A stretch of 64,000 nucleotides of DNA, taken from contig CAWBES010000013.1 in NCBI GenBank assembly GCA_963787965.1, forward strand, positions 2,338-66,337. Reading direction: 5' to 3'. Below the pieces are notes generated by a model, which worked only from the letters and a program-made list of their open reading frames with translations, was not told the origin of the DNA and ran no database searches. Shown piece by piece: positions 42,743 to 51,368 of this stretch. Made by a program: the position numbers and the translations under genes. Every line of letters begins with the position of its first letter. Position 1 is the first letter of the stretch. The DNA comes from an uncultured Alphaproteobacteria bacterium. GTDB taxonomy: Bacteria; Vulcanimicrobiota; Vulcanimicrobiia; Vulcanimicrobiales; Vulcanimicrobiaceae.

Positions 42743-43788
42743 GCGCGCGGGGCCGTTTTGGCGGCGAAGGCGGGGGCCATCGCGGCGTAGAGCGCCGACG
42801 GTCCGTTGCGGACGACGTCGTCACACGGCAGGCCCGTGGCGTGCCGCGCGCCGGCCAGCGCGCGCCGGGCGTCCGCGTCGCCGAGCCCGTGCGTGTTCAG
42901 GGCGATGCCCGCGACGCGCGCGGGCTTCACGGTCGCGCAGAGCGTTTCGTAGACCTCGACCAAGCGCGGCAGCGACAGCAGCGGCGTGCCGTAGTCCTCG
43001 ATGTGGGTGCGCGTCGCCAGGTGCGCGAGGACCAGTGCGTCGGGCGACGTTCCGTACAGCAGCCCGAGCGTGACGGCGGCGAACGCCGGGTTATTGATGC
43101 CGCCCTGGCCTTCGACGAACAGCAGTTCCGCATCCGCGTTCTCCAGGACCAGCGCTTCGGCGGCGCCGCTCGTGAAGTCGCAGATCGTACGGTCGATCGG
43201 AATCCCTGCGCCGGCGATCGCGATTCCCGTTTGTCCGGTCGCGACGAAACGCGCGTCGACGCCCGCGGCGCGGGCGGCCGCGCTGAGCTCCAAGGCGGCG
43301 GTCATCTTCCCGACGGCGCAATCGCTGCCGACCGTCAGCACGACGCGTGCCCCGACGCGGGCACCGGCGCCGCTGAAGATGCGCGGCGGCGGCGGCGTGC
43401 GGAGGTCCCGAATGCGCGCGCCGCTGCGCGCCGCGGCGGCCGCGAACTCGGCATCGTCGCCGAGAAAATCGTGCAGCCCGCTGACGATCTCGAGGCCGGC
43501 GCCGATGGCTCGCAGGATCGCAGCGCGCCAGTCCGGCGGCAGCGCGCCGCCGGCGGGCGCCACGCCGATCAGCAGCGCCGTCGGCCCGAACGCCAGCGCT
43601 TCGTCCACGCTCGCGACGACCGGTGCGTCGCACGCCAGGTACGGCACGACGTCGCGAACGCGCTTGCCGGCCTGCGACGCGTCGATAACGGCGACGGTCG
43701 CATCGGCCGAGTACGCGATCGTGCCGTGAGCGGTCTTCGCGCCGCGCGTTGCGAAAAGTCCGGGCGCGAGGATCGCGTAGCGGCGCAC
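42739..43788 (-). CDS. DUF1611 protein (DgcN-like putative N-acetyltransferase)
   Basis: AILAPGLF....AKTAHG, a P-loop-like TVGSDCAVGKMT and VEGQGGINNPA are present. This is the typical pairing with an enolase-superfamily epimerase. Confidence 0.75.
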   Translation of the reverse strand: MRRYAILAPGLFATRGAKTAHGTIAYSADATVAVIDASQAGKRVRDVVPYLACDAPVVASVDEALAFGPTALLIGVAPAGGALPPDWRAAILRAIGAGLEIVSGLHDFLGDDAEFAAAAARSGARIRDLRTPPPPRIFSGAGARVGARVVLTVGSDCAVGKMTAALELSAAARAAGVDARFVATGQTGIAIAGAGIPIDRTICDFTSGAAEALVLENADAELLFVEGQGGINNPAFAAVTLGLLYGTSPDALVLAHLATRTHIEDYGTPLLSLPRLVEVYETLCATVKPARVAGIALNTHGLGDADARRALAGARHATGLPCDDVVRNGPSALYAAMAPAFAAKTAPRA

Positions 43789-43789
43789 G

Positions 43790-44785
43790 TCAGCCGCCGC
43801 GTTCGACGACGCCGAGCCCGGGGCCGCGCGGCAGAACCAGCTTTCCGCCGTCGTAGGTGACGCCGGCGAAGGGATCGCGCGCCGTCAGGAACGGACCGTC
43901 GAGGTCGGCCCAGTCCGCGAGCGGCGAGAGGTGCGCGGCCGCCGTCGCCAGGATCGCGCTCTCCACCATGCAGCCCAGCATGACCCGCAGCCCGAGCGCG
44001 CGGGCCGTGTGGATCGCCGCCAGCGCCGCGCGAATGCCCCCGCACTTGACGAGCTTGACGTTGACGCCGTCGACGCAGCCGGCCAGCGCGGGCAGATCGC
44101 GCGCGTCGCGGACGTCTTCGTCGGCCACGAGCGGCACGCGCGAGCGCTCGCGGATCCAGCGCAGCCGTTCCGGCGTCCCGGCCGGAATCGGCTGCTCGCA
44201 GAACTCGACGCCGGCGCGCGCGAGCGTCTCGAGCTTGGCCACGGCTTCTTCGGGCGTCCACCCTTCGTTTGCGTCGACGCGCAGCGTGCCGGTATAGCGC
44301 GCGCGCATCGCTTCGAGCACGTCGACGTCGCCGGGAAAGCCGAGTTTGACCTTGACGATCGGGTGCTCGCGGATGTCGTCCAGCTTCGCGAGCATCGCGC
44401 TCGGGGTGTCGATGCCGACCGTGAAGGACGTCACCGGCGTACGCTCGGGATCGAGGCCCAAGAGGCGCCACAGCGGCCGCTCCAGATCCTTGCCGATCGC
44501 ATCGTGCAGCGCGAGGTCGAGCGCGCAGCGGGCGGCGGGCGGGATACCGTCGAGCAGCGCTTCGAGGGCGTACGGATCGTTGCCGGCGAGCGGATGCGCG
44601 GACAGGGACGCCAGCACCGACTCGACGCTTTCGCCGTAGCGCGGCGACGGAGCGCTTTCGCCCAAGGCCTCGATATCGTGCCAGCGCAGCCGCACGAGCG
44701 CGGAACGAGCGGTGGTCTCCGAGCTGCGCGCGATCGTGAACGTATGGACGAGCGGGAGCTCGAGCTCGGAGAGCGCCAAGTGCAC
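43790..44785 (-). CDS. Enolase-superfamily dipeptide epimerase / N-acyl-amino-acid racemase
   Basis: IVKVKLG, LRVDANEGW, FCEQP, VPLVADE, NVKLVKCGG and the C-terminal MLGCMVES are present. The GTG start at 44785 is chosen (TTG 44779 is also possible). The track ORF upstream overlaps the photolyase gene. Confidence 0.8.
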   Translation of the reverse strand: MHLALSELELPLVHTFTIARSSETTARSALVRLRWHDIEALGESAPSPRYGESVESVLASLSAHPLAGNDPYALEALLDGIPPAARCALDLALHDAIGKDLERPLWRLLGLDPERTPVTSFTVGIDTPSAMLAKLDDIREHPIVKVKLGFPGDVDVLEAMRARYTGTLRVDANEGWTPEEAVAKLETLARAGVEFCEQPIPAGTPERLRWIRERSRVPLVADEDVRDARDLPALAGCVDGVNVKLVKCGGIRAALAAIHTARALGLRVMLGCMVESAILATAAAHLSPLADWADLDGPFLTARDPFAGVTYDGGKLVLPRGPGLGVVERGG

Positions 44786-44839
44786 GCTCGCGACTTCCGC
44801 GAGCGTGCCGCACCTCCTCGCGCCGGCGTCTAACGGCGG

Positions 44840-46327
44840 ATGCACCACGCCGTCTCGATCGTCTGGTTCCGCCGCGACCTGCGGCTCGCCGATCACGTCG
44901 CGCTCGAACGGGCCGCACGCGCGAGCGAGCGCGTCGTCTGCGCGTTCGTGCTGGATCCGCAGCTGTTGCGCGGTCCGCGCCTGGGCGCGCCGATCGTGTC
45001 GTTCTTCTTCGACGCGCTGGCGGAACTGCGCGAGCGGCTGCGACGGCGCGGCAGCGACCTCGCGCTCCTGGAAGGCGACCCGCTCGCGGAGCTCGGCGAA
45101 CTGATCCGGCGGGTCGGCGCGTCGGCGCTGTACTTCAATGCGGATTACGAGGCTCGCGCGCTCGCGCGCGACGCGCGCGTGACGAGCGGTCTGCGCGCCG
45201 CCGGTATCGCGGTCGAGTCGTTCGTCGATCACGTGTTCTTCGGCGCGCAGGAAGTTCTGAAGGCGGACGGCGCGCCGTACACGCTCTACGCGCCCTACCG
45301 GCGGCGCTGGCTGGAACGCTGCGAGGCCGATCCGCGACCGCCCGTAGCTTCCGCGGCCGCGAGCGCCGGCAAGCTCGCGGCGCGGCAGGGGATCGGCGAC
45401 ACGCGCGCGGTACCCGATCCCTCCGAGTACGGGTACGCGCGTTCGGCGCGCTACCCGCAGGGCGGCGAAGCGCGCGCGCGCGCGCTACTCGAACGCTTCA
45501 TCACCGAACGAATCGCCGCGTATGCGGACGAACGCAACGTTCCCGCGGCGTGCGGAACGTCCGGACTCTCGCCGCACTTGCGCGCCGGCACGATCGGCAT
45601 TCGCACCTGCATCGCCGCAGCGCGCGAGGCGCGCCGCGCCGCGCGCGGTTCGCGCGCGACCGGCATCGACGCGTGGATCGGCGAGCTGATCTGGCGAGAT
45701 TTCTATCAACAGATACTCGCTCACTATCCGCACGTCGAGCGCGAGCCGTTCCTCGAGGCTGCGAAAGCGCTAACGTATCGCGATAGCGAGGCGGACTTCA
45801 CGGCGTGGTGCGAAGGTCGCACCGGCTACCCCATCGTCGACGCCGCGATGCGGCGGCTCAACGAAAGCGGCTGGATGCACAACCGCCTGCGCATGATCGT
45901 CGCGTCGTTTCTCACCAAGCATCTGCTGCTCGATTACCGCTGGGGCGAGCGGTACTTCGAGCGGCATCTGGCGGACGCCGACACCGCCGCGAACAACGGC
46001 GGCTGGCAGTGGTCGTCCTCGACCGGCACGGACGCGGCGCCGTACTTCCGCATCTTCAATCCCACGCTGCAGAGCAAGAAATTCGATCCCGGCGGCCGTT
46101 TCATTCGCGAGGCGTTGCCGCAACTCGCGGCGTTGCCCGACGCGGCGGTGCACGAACCGTGGACGCTCTCGCCGCTCGAGGCGCGAGCGGCCGGTTTTCG
46201 GCTGGGGCGCGATTATCCCGAACCGATCGTCGATCACGCCGAGGCGCGGGCGCGCGCGTTCGCCGCATACGCGCCGGTTCTCGGCAACCGCGCGCACGCA
46301 CGGAAAGAGAATCGTGTCAAGTCTTGA
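44840..46327 (+). CDS. phrB: Deoxyribodipyrimidine photolyase
   Basis: IVWFRRDLRLADH is present, with the C-terminal TGYPIVDAAMRRLNESGWMHNRLRMIVASFLTKHL...NNGGWQW...APYFRIFNP. Confidence 0.9.
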   Translation: MHHAVSIVWFRRDLRLADHVALERAARASERVVCAFVLDPQLLRGPRLGAPIVSFFFDALAELRERLRRRGSDLALLEGDPLAELGELIRRVGASALYFNADYEARALARDARVTSGLRAAGIAVESFVDHVFFGAQEVLKADGAPYTLYAPYRRRWLERCEADPRPPVASAAASAGKLAARQGIGDTRAVPDPSEYGYARSARYPQGGEARARALLERFITERIAAYADERNVPAACGTSGLSPHLRAGTIGIRTCIAAAREARRAARGSRATGIDAWIGELIWRDFYQQILAHYPHVEREPFLEAAKALTYRDSEADFTAWCEGRTGYPIVDAAMRRLNESGWMHNRLRMIVASFLTKHLLLDYRWGERYFERHLADADTAANNGGWQWSSSTGTDAAPYFRIFNPTLQSKKFDPGGRFIREALPQLAALPDAAVHEPWTLSPLEARAAGFRLGRDYPEPIVDHAEARARAFAAYAPVLGNRAHARKENRVKS

Positions 46328-46375
46328 CCGCGGTGGGATAATGACTCAAGGCGACTGCGCTCGCACGCGTACTTT

Positions 46376-46482
46376 CCTAGGTGTAGGACCAACGTAAAAA
46401 CCACGGGAGCATCAGCTCCGGATACGACAGCACGCCGGCTTCGCCGGCACCCTGGCGCCCGGGCCGCACCCACCTGTCTAGG
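46376..46482. other. Structured intergenic element (candidate ncRNA or 3' UTR structure)
   Basis: A closing helix pairs CCTAGGTG (46376-46383) with CACC-tgt-CTAGG (46471-46482). It encloses hairpins GGAGC atca GCTCC (46406-46419) and GCCGGC ttc GCCGGC (46434-46448). The strand is undetermined. Confidence 0.25.
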
Positions 46483-46536
46483 CAGGTTTCTACCCAGGCA
46501 TGCAGACGGCAAGGGCGGTCGCCTTTTATGAAACGT

Positions 46537-47292
46537 TCAGCTCGTAGACGCGCTCGTTAGGAGCGCGTTAGCGCGTAGTGAGGCAAAGCGCCGCAACGCG
46601 TGATGGTATGCCTCACGCGGTTCGGGCGCGCTATGCGTTTCGAGCACGACGAAACCACGAAAGCGCGCGAGCGAACCGACGACGCTCGCCGCCTCGGCGT
46701 CCAGGTTCGTAGCGAACGTCGTCGCGTCGCCGATCACGTGCGCGGCGATCACGCTCTTGGCCAGCACGCCGGTCGCGGCATCCGTCGCGCCGAAGGCCGC
46801 GCCGTCGAACGCGAAACGCAGCCACGCGCTGTCGACGTCTTTGGCGAGGCGCTTGAGGTCGGACGAGTCCGCGCACAGCGTTCCGGGTGCGTTACGCGCT
46901 GCGAGCGTCACGTTGGCGCGCTTGGCCGCGCGCGAGCGCTCCTTGACCGCGTCGGCAAAGGTACCCCAGGCCTCCGGGTCGGGCTCGGCCGGCGGTGCGG
47001 TCCCCATCAGCAGCGGAGCCCCGAGGGCGACCGCGGAGTCTCGAGCCCCCAGCTCGCCGGCTCGGCCGAACGCATCCGCCGCCGCCAGCGCCGCCACGGT
47101 CAGCCCGAGGTCGGCCGCCAGCTTCTTCAGCTGCGCGAGGTACTCGGCGTCGGTGCGCGGGAACTGCGCGAGATCGAACACGACGCCGTCGACCTCGAGC
47201 TCGTTCGCGCACAGATCGAGCCATTCGAGCTGCGTCAGCTCGCCGTTCGCGATCGGGCCTGCGAACGTGGCACTCGAGCAGGCGACTTTCAT
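46537..47292 (-). CDS. Sugar phosphate isomerase/epimerase (xylose-isomerase-like TIM barrel)
   Basis: ATG 47292 opens MKVACSSATFAG. The length and the E..D..H..E-type layout fit the family. The 400 codons upstream in the track ORF are antisense to glyA. Confidence 0.7.
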   Translation of the reverse strand: MKVACSSATFAGPIANGELTQLEWLDLCANELEVDGVVFDLAQFPRTDAEYLAQLKKLAADLGLTVAALAAADAFGRAGELGARDSAVALGAPLLMGTAPPAEPDPEAWGTFADAVKERSRAAKRANVTLAARNAPGTLCADSSDLKRLAKDVDSAWLRFAFDGAAFGATDAATGVLAKSVIAAHVIGDATTFATNLDAEAASVVGSLARFRGFVVLETHSAPEPREAYHHALRRFASLRANALLTSASTS

Positions 47293-47418
47293 GACCGCTC
47301 GTCGTTCGAGTTCCCCGCCCCCGGCCCCGCTGCGGCCCCGGCCGGCTTCCCGACTTCCGTCGCAACGGTGAGCGTGGCGGGCGCGTCGTATCTGTAGCGA
47401 TAAGCCACCCCGCGACCG

Positions 47419-48678
47419 ATGGTACCGCCCGTGCAACTTCTCGAACCGGCCCTGCTCGCCGATAGCGACCCCGAACTCTATGCCGCCGTCCTGGGCGAAG
47501 AACGCCGCCAGCGCGAGAACCTCGAGCTGATCGCGTCGGAGAACTACGCGAGCCGGGCCGTGCGCGAAGCGTCGGCGTCCGTGCTGACCAACAAGTATGC
47601 CGAGGGGTACCCGGGCAAGCGGTACTACGGCGGCTGCGAGTTCGTCGACGTCGCGGAGCGGCTCGCGATCGACCGCGCCAAAGCGATCTTCGGCGCGCCG
47701 CACGCGAACGTGCAGCCGCACGCCGGCGCGCAGGCCAACATGGCCGTCTTCATGGCCGTGTTGCAGCCCGGCGATACGGTGCTCGGCATGAAGATCGATC
47801 ACGGCGGCCACTTGACGCACGGCACCAAGGTCAGCTTCAGCGGTAAGCTCTACGACGCGGTCGGGTACGGCGTGCGCCGGGATACGGAGCTGATCGACTA
47901 CGACGAAGTTCGCGCGCTGGCGCGCGAGCGCAGGCCCAAGCTGATCATCGCGGGCGCCAGCGCGTATCCGCGCACGATGGACTACGCGCCCTTCGCCGAG
48001 ATCGCGCGCGAAGTCGGTGCCGCGCTGCTGGTGGACATGGCGCACATCGCGGGCCTGGTCGCGGTGGGGCTGCACCCTTCGCCGGTTCCGCTCGCCGATT
48101 TCGTGACCACGACCACGCACAAGACGCTGCGTGGCCCGCGCGGCGGCCTGATCCTCTCGAGCGCCCAGTACGCGGCCGCCGTCGACAAGAGCCTTTTCCC
48201 CGGCATTCAGGGCGGCCCGATGATGCACACGATCGCGGCCAAAGCCGTCGCCTTGGGCGAAGCGCAGAGACCCGAGTTCGCCGCCTACCAGCAGCGCGTG
48301 CTCGACAACGCGCGCGCGATGGGTGAGGAACTCCAGCGCGCCGGCGCGCGCCTGGTCGCCGGCGGTACCGACACCCACCTCCTGCTGGTGGATCTCGGGC
48401 CCAAGGCGCTGACGGGCAAGGCGGTAGAAGCCTATCTCGACGAGATCAAGATCACGGTCAACAAGAACGGCATCCCGTTCGATCCCCAAAAGCCCGCGGT
48501 CACCAGCGGCATCCGGATCGGCTCGCCCGCGATCACGACCCGCGGCATGGGCGTCGCGGAAGCGCGCGAGATCGGCAAGATCATCGGTGAAGCGCTCGAT
48601 GACGTCGGCCCCCGCGCCAAGATGGAGAAACTGCGCGCCCGGGTGGCCGAGCTGACCTCCCGCTACGACGTGCCGTAG
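47419..48678 (+). CDS. glyA: Serine hydroxymethyltransferase
   Basis: [25 protein letters not shown] and [14 protein letters not shown] (PLP Lys) are present. Confidence 0.95.
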   Translation: MVPPVQLLEPALLADSDPELYAAVLGEERRQRENLELIASENYASRAVREASASVLTNKYAEGYPGKRYYGGCEFVDVAERLAIDRAKAIFGAPHANVQPHAGAQANMAVFMAVLQPGDTVLGMKIDHGGHLTHGTKVSFSGKLYDAVGYGVRRDTELIDYDEVRALARERRPKLIIAGASAYPRTMDYAPFAEIAREVGAALLVDMAHIAGLVAVGLHPSPVPLADFVTTTTHKTLRGPRGGLILSSAQYAAAVDKSLFPGIQGGPMMHTIAAKAVALGEAQRPEFAAYQQRVLDNARAMGEELQRAGARLVAGGTDTHLLLVDLGPKALTGKAVEAYLDEIKITVNKNGIPFDPQKPAVTSGIRIGSPAITTRGMGVAEAREIGKIIGEALDDVGPRAKMEKLRARVAELTSRYDVP

Positions 48679-48722
48679 GCTCGCGCCCTAAAGTCCAGTC
48701 CCGCACGGAGGCTGTCTTCTAG

Positions 48723-48774
48723 GCATACTGTCTCGAATGCAGTATGCTTGAAAGACAGTATGTTTCGAATGCAG
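48723..48774 (+). repeat. Cluster of short inverted/direct repeats in an AT-rich island over the ATPase gene start
   Basis: GCATACTG (48723-30) pairs with CAGTATGC (48740-47). CATACTGTCT (48724-33) pairs with AGACAGTATG (48753-62). TCGAATGCAG occurs twice (48733-42 and 48765-74). Confidence 0.85.
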
Positions 48775-50136
48775 CCTCGGTTCATTGGGCGAAGGGACGA
48801 GTTGGCCGCCCTTTCAAGGGCGTGTGATTCCGACGCGGCACAGCTCGTGCTGCTTGCGGGGCGGCGCCGAATCGGGAAGAGCTACCTCCTGCAGCAGTTC
48901 GTGCGTGGGCGGCGGGCGATCTTCTACCAGGCAACGCGCCAGGCGCAGGCCCAGGAGCTGACCGCCTTCGCTCGTGAGGCGGACGCCGCCCTCGGCGGGT
49001 TGCCGCCCGGCTACGCGTTTCCCGACTGGGAGGTGGCGCTCGAGTATCTCGCCGGCCACGCGGGCACCGAGAAACTCGTCGTCATCTTGGACGAATTCCC
49101 GTATCTCTGCGAATCGACGCCGGGATTGCCGTCGATCGTCCAGCGCTGGTGGGACAGACGCGGCCGCACCTCACGCGTGATGCTCGTGCTCTGCGGATCC
49201 GCGCAAGCGTTCATGGCCGAACTGGACGCCGGATCTGCGCCGCTTCACCAGCGCTTCACGGTGAGAATGTCGCTTGGGCCGTTGCCGTACCGCGAGGCGG
49301 CCGCGTTCTTCCCGACGCTCTGCGCAGCGGATCTCGTGCGCGTTTACGGCATCCTCGGCGGGACGCCTCTGTACCTCGAGCAATGGAATCCCGAGGACAG
49401 CCTCCGCGAAAACCTCCTAACGCTATTCGGCGACCCGGGAAGCGCGCTGGTCGACTCAGCGCAGTTGGTCCTCCACACCGATCTCGGCGATGCGACTGCC
49501 GCCTATCGGGCTCTCGGCGCTATTGCCGGCGGCTCGACGCGCCGGAACGATATCCTGCAGAAGGCCAGCATCACGAACGAGCGGGTGCTGCAACGGCTCG
49601 ACGACCTTCGCCTCATCGAAAAAAAAGTCCCGATCACTGAGGGTCCCGCTTCGCGGCGCGTCCTGTACTCGGTGAGGGATCCATACTTTCGCTTCTGGTT
49701 CCGGTTTATCGACGGCAACCGCGCCGCCATCGATCGCGGACTCGGCGAAAAGCTGATCGACGAGGTCGTCGAGCCGAGGCTGGACGCCCATCTGGGTCCC
49801 ATCTTCGAGGAACTTGCGCGAGAATTCACGCTTGGGCTGATCGCCAAAGGGGAGTTAGACGGGTTGGACGCCGGCTCTTGGTGGTCGACGGACGGCGGCC
49901 ACGAAGTCGACATCGTGACCGTGCTGCAAAAGCGTGTAACGGCTGTCGGTACCGTCAAATGGCGTAGTGCCCCGCTCGGGCGCGAGGTCTACAGGAACCT
50001 GGCCGACCACGCCCGCGCCCTGGGAGTCGATGAGACGATTCCGTGGCTCATGATCGGCCGTGGCGGCGTCGAGCCGTCATTGTTGAAAGCCGAGCCGCAC
50101 GTGCGCGGGTATTCGGTCGAGGATCTCTATCGTTAG
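48748..50136 (+). CDS. AAA-type ATPase (archaeal-ATPase family) with C-terminal DUF234-like domain
   Basis: FIGRRDEL..L, the Walker A GRRRIGKSYLL, the Walker B VVILDEFPYL and a winged-helix-like middle region are present. The C-terminal WW...G.EVDIV region is nuclease-fold-like. The start may be ATG 48760 or 48769 rather than TTG 48748. Confidence 0.75.
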   Translation: MKDSMFRMQPRFIGRRDELAALSRACDSDAAQLVLLAGRRRIGKSYLLQQFVRGRRAIFYQATRQAQAQELTAFAREADAALGGLPPGYAFPDWEVALEYLAGHAGTEKLVVILDEFPYLCESTPGLPSIVQRWWDRRGRTSRVMLVLCGSAQAFMAELDAGSAPLHQRFTVRMSLGPLPYREAAAFFPTLCAADLVRVYGILGGTPLYLEQWNPEDSLRENLLTLFGDPGSALVDSAQLVLHTDLGDATAAYRALGAIAGGSTRRNDILQKASITNERVLQRLDDLRLIEKKVPITEGPASRRVLYSVRDPYFRFWFRFIDGNRAAIDRGLGEKLIDEVVEPRLDAHLGPIFEELAREFTLGLIAKGELDGLDAGSWWSTDGGHEVDIVTVLQKRVTAVGTVKWRSAPLGREVYRNLADHARALGVDETIPWLMIGRGGVEPSLLKAEPHVRGYSVEDLYR

Positions 50137-50597
50137 CTATTGCTGCCGCAGTGGTGGCGCTTGAAGGTCAGGCCTTGGGAACCGTATGCGTTCGTAGGGT
50201 CTTGGGCGAGTTTGAGCGTGCAGCCGGAGAGTTTGAAGAAGAGGGTGACGTTTTCGCCGCGTTCGTGCTCCTTCTGCTCGCCGTTCAGCTGCGCGGACTT
50301 CGACAGGTGGACGAGCGCGAAGCCGCCCGCGTCTTGCCAGGTTCCGTATTCGCGCAGCGGCAGCACGGGCGTGCCCGCGGCGGTTTTCGTGTAGCCGGGA
50401 AACTCCGTGGTCAGCGTGACCTTGTCGTTCTCGTACAGCCGCAGCTCGAGCTGCTGCAGGCTGTCGGCGCCCTGCCGCGTCAGGAAGTACGAGCCGATAA
50501 GCGCCTCTTTGCCCGCGCCGAACGGTGCCTGCGCGGTCAGTGCCGTCGGTACGAGGGCGGCGGTCAGGGCGAGCAACATGCGGTGTCGGATTGCCAT
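50133..50597 (-). CDS. Hypothetical small secreted protein
   Basis: ATG 50597 (CAT 50595-97) opens MAIRHRMLLALTAALVPTALTAQA (signal). The 154-aa protein has no motif that I recognise. Confidence 0.5.
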   Translation of the reverse strand: MAIRHRMLLALTAALVPTALTAQAPFGAGKEALIGSYFLTRQGADSLQQLELRLYENDKVTLTTEFPGYTKTAAGTPVLPLREYGTWQDAGGFALVHLSKSAQLNGEQKEHERGENVTLFFKLSGCTLKLAQDPTNAYGSQGLTFKRHHCGSNS

Positions 50598-50623
50598 CGT
50601 CGTCTCCCGTGCGGTGCGGCGTC

Positions 50624-51140
50624 TTATCCTATGCTGCCGATACCGGCGCTCACCTTCGCGCCGGCCCGCGGTGCGGACATGGGAAGCGTGCCGTGTATGC
50701 CGTTCGCCAGGGCCGACGCCGCGGGAGCGGCCCCGAGTGCGTACGCGAGCAAAAGGGAGCTCGCGACGAGCGCCCGCCGCCGGCGCGACGGCGGTGTGGG
50801 ATGGTCCGCCGGCAGGACGGCGAGCCGCGCGCGAACGCCAGCAGCGCTTCGGCATGATCGCACGGTCCCGCCTCGCGAGCGGCGTGCGCGTCGGCCGCGA
50901 ACTCGCGCGCTCGGCGATAGGGCGCGACCAGGTCGCCGGCCGGTAACGGGACGATGTCCGAGATGAAACTGACGGCGGCCGCGATGAATTGGTTGCCGCG
51001 GCGCGATCGTCGTGAAGAGCGCCGCGGGCAACACCGCGGCGGCGGCCGCGAGCGGTGCGCACGGCGAGCCACGCCGCGGGCGGAATCACGACCAGCGCGC
51101 AGGCGGACGTCGACAGCGCCGGTGCCGAAAAGCACGCCAC
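50624..51140 (-). pseudogene. Possible frame-disrupted gene remnant
   Basis: Protein-like, high-GC3 minus-strand segments lie in different frames. NQFIAAAVSFISDIVPLPAGDLVAPY...AEALLAFAR is in one frame. ARLAVLPADH...LVASSLLLAYALGAAPAASALANG...* is in another, ending at 50624. Confidence 0.25.
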
Positions 51141-51368
51141 GGAGCGTGGTCACGCAGCGTCCTGCTGCGCGCCCCGGGCTCGTCCCGGTGCTCTCGTAGG
51201 CGCGTCGTTCGCACTCGCGTTCGCTACCCCGGCGTGCAATCCAAGCTGCCGGGCGGCTCTGCCTCGTGCGCCGCAAATCTCCCGCCGGCACGTCCTCCAT
51301 GGGAGACTTCGGTTAGAAGTTCCCCCGACGGGGCGGGCGCTATCGCTTCGGCGAATAACAGGGCTTCG

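Noticed and set aside
46328-46536. Identification of the structured spacer as SRP (4.5S) RNA, 6S RNA or a ykkC/guanidine riboswitch.
   Set aside because: There is no GGAA-tetraloop helix-8 motif (GUCCGGAAGGAAGCAGC). There is no long interrupted 6S-type stem with a central bubble. ykkC-like words (CUAGG, GGACC, ACGGGAG) occur in the wrong order. It is kept only as an unclassified candidate.
47293-47418. A possible ZTP, THF or glycine riboswitch in the glyA leader, considered because these often precede glyA or purH.
   Set aside because: None of the conserved cores is present (GGGUCGUGACUGGCG...CCGCCUGGGC for ZTP, GGAGAG...CACCGAAGGGGCAA for glycine). The 126-nt region is shared with a divergent gene and looks like plain promoter DNA.
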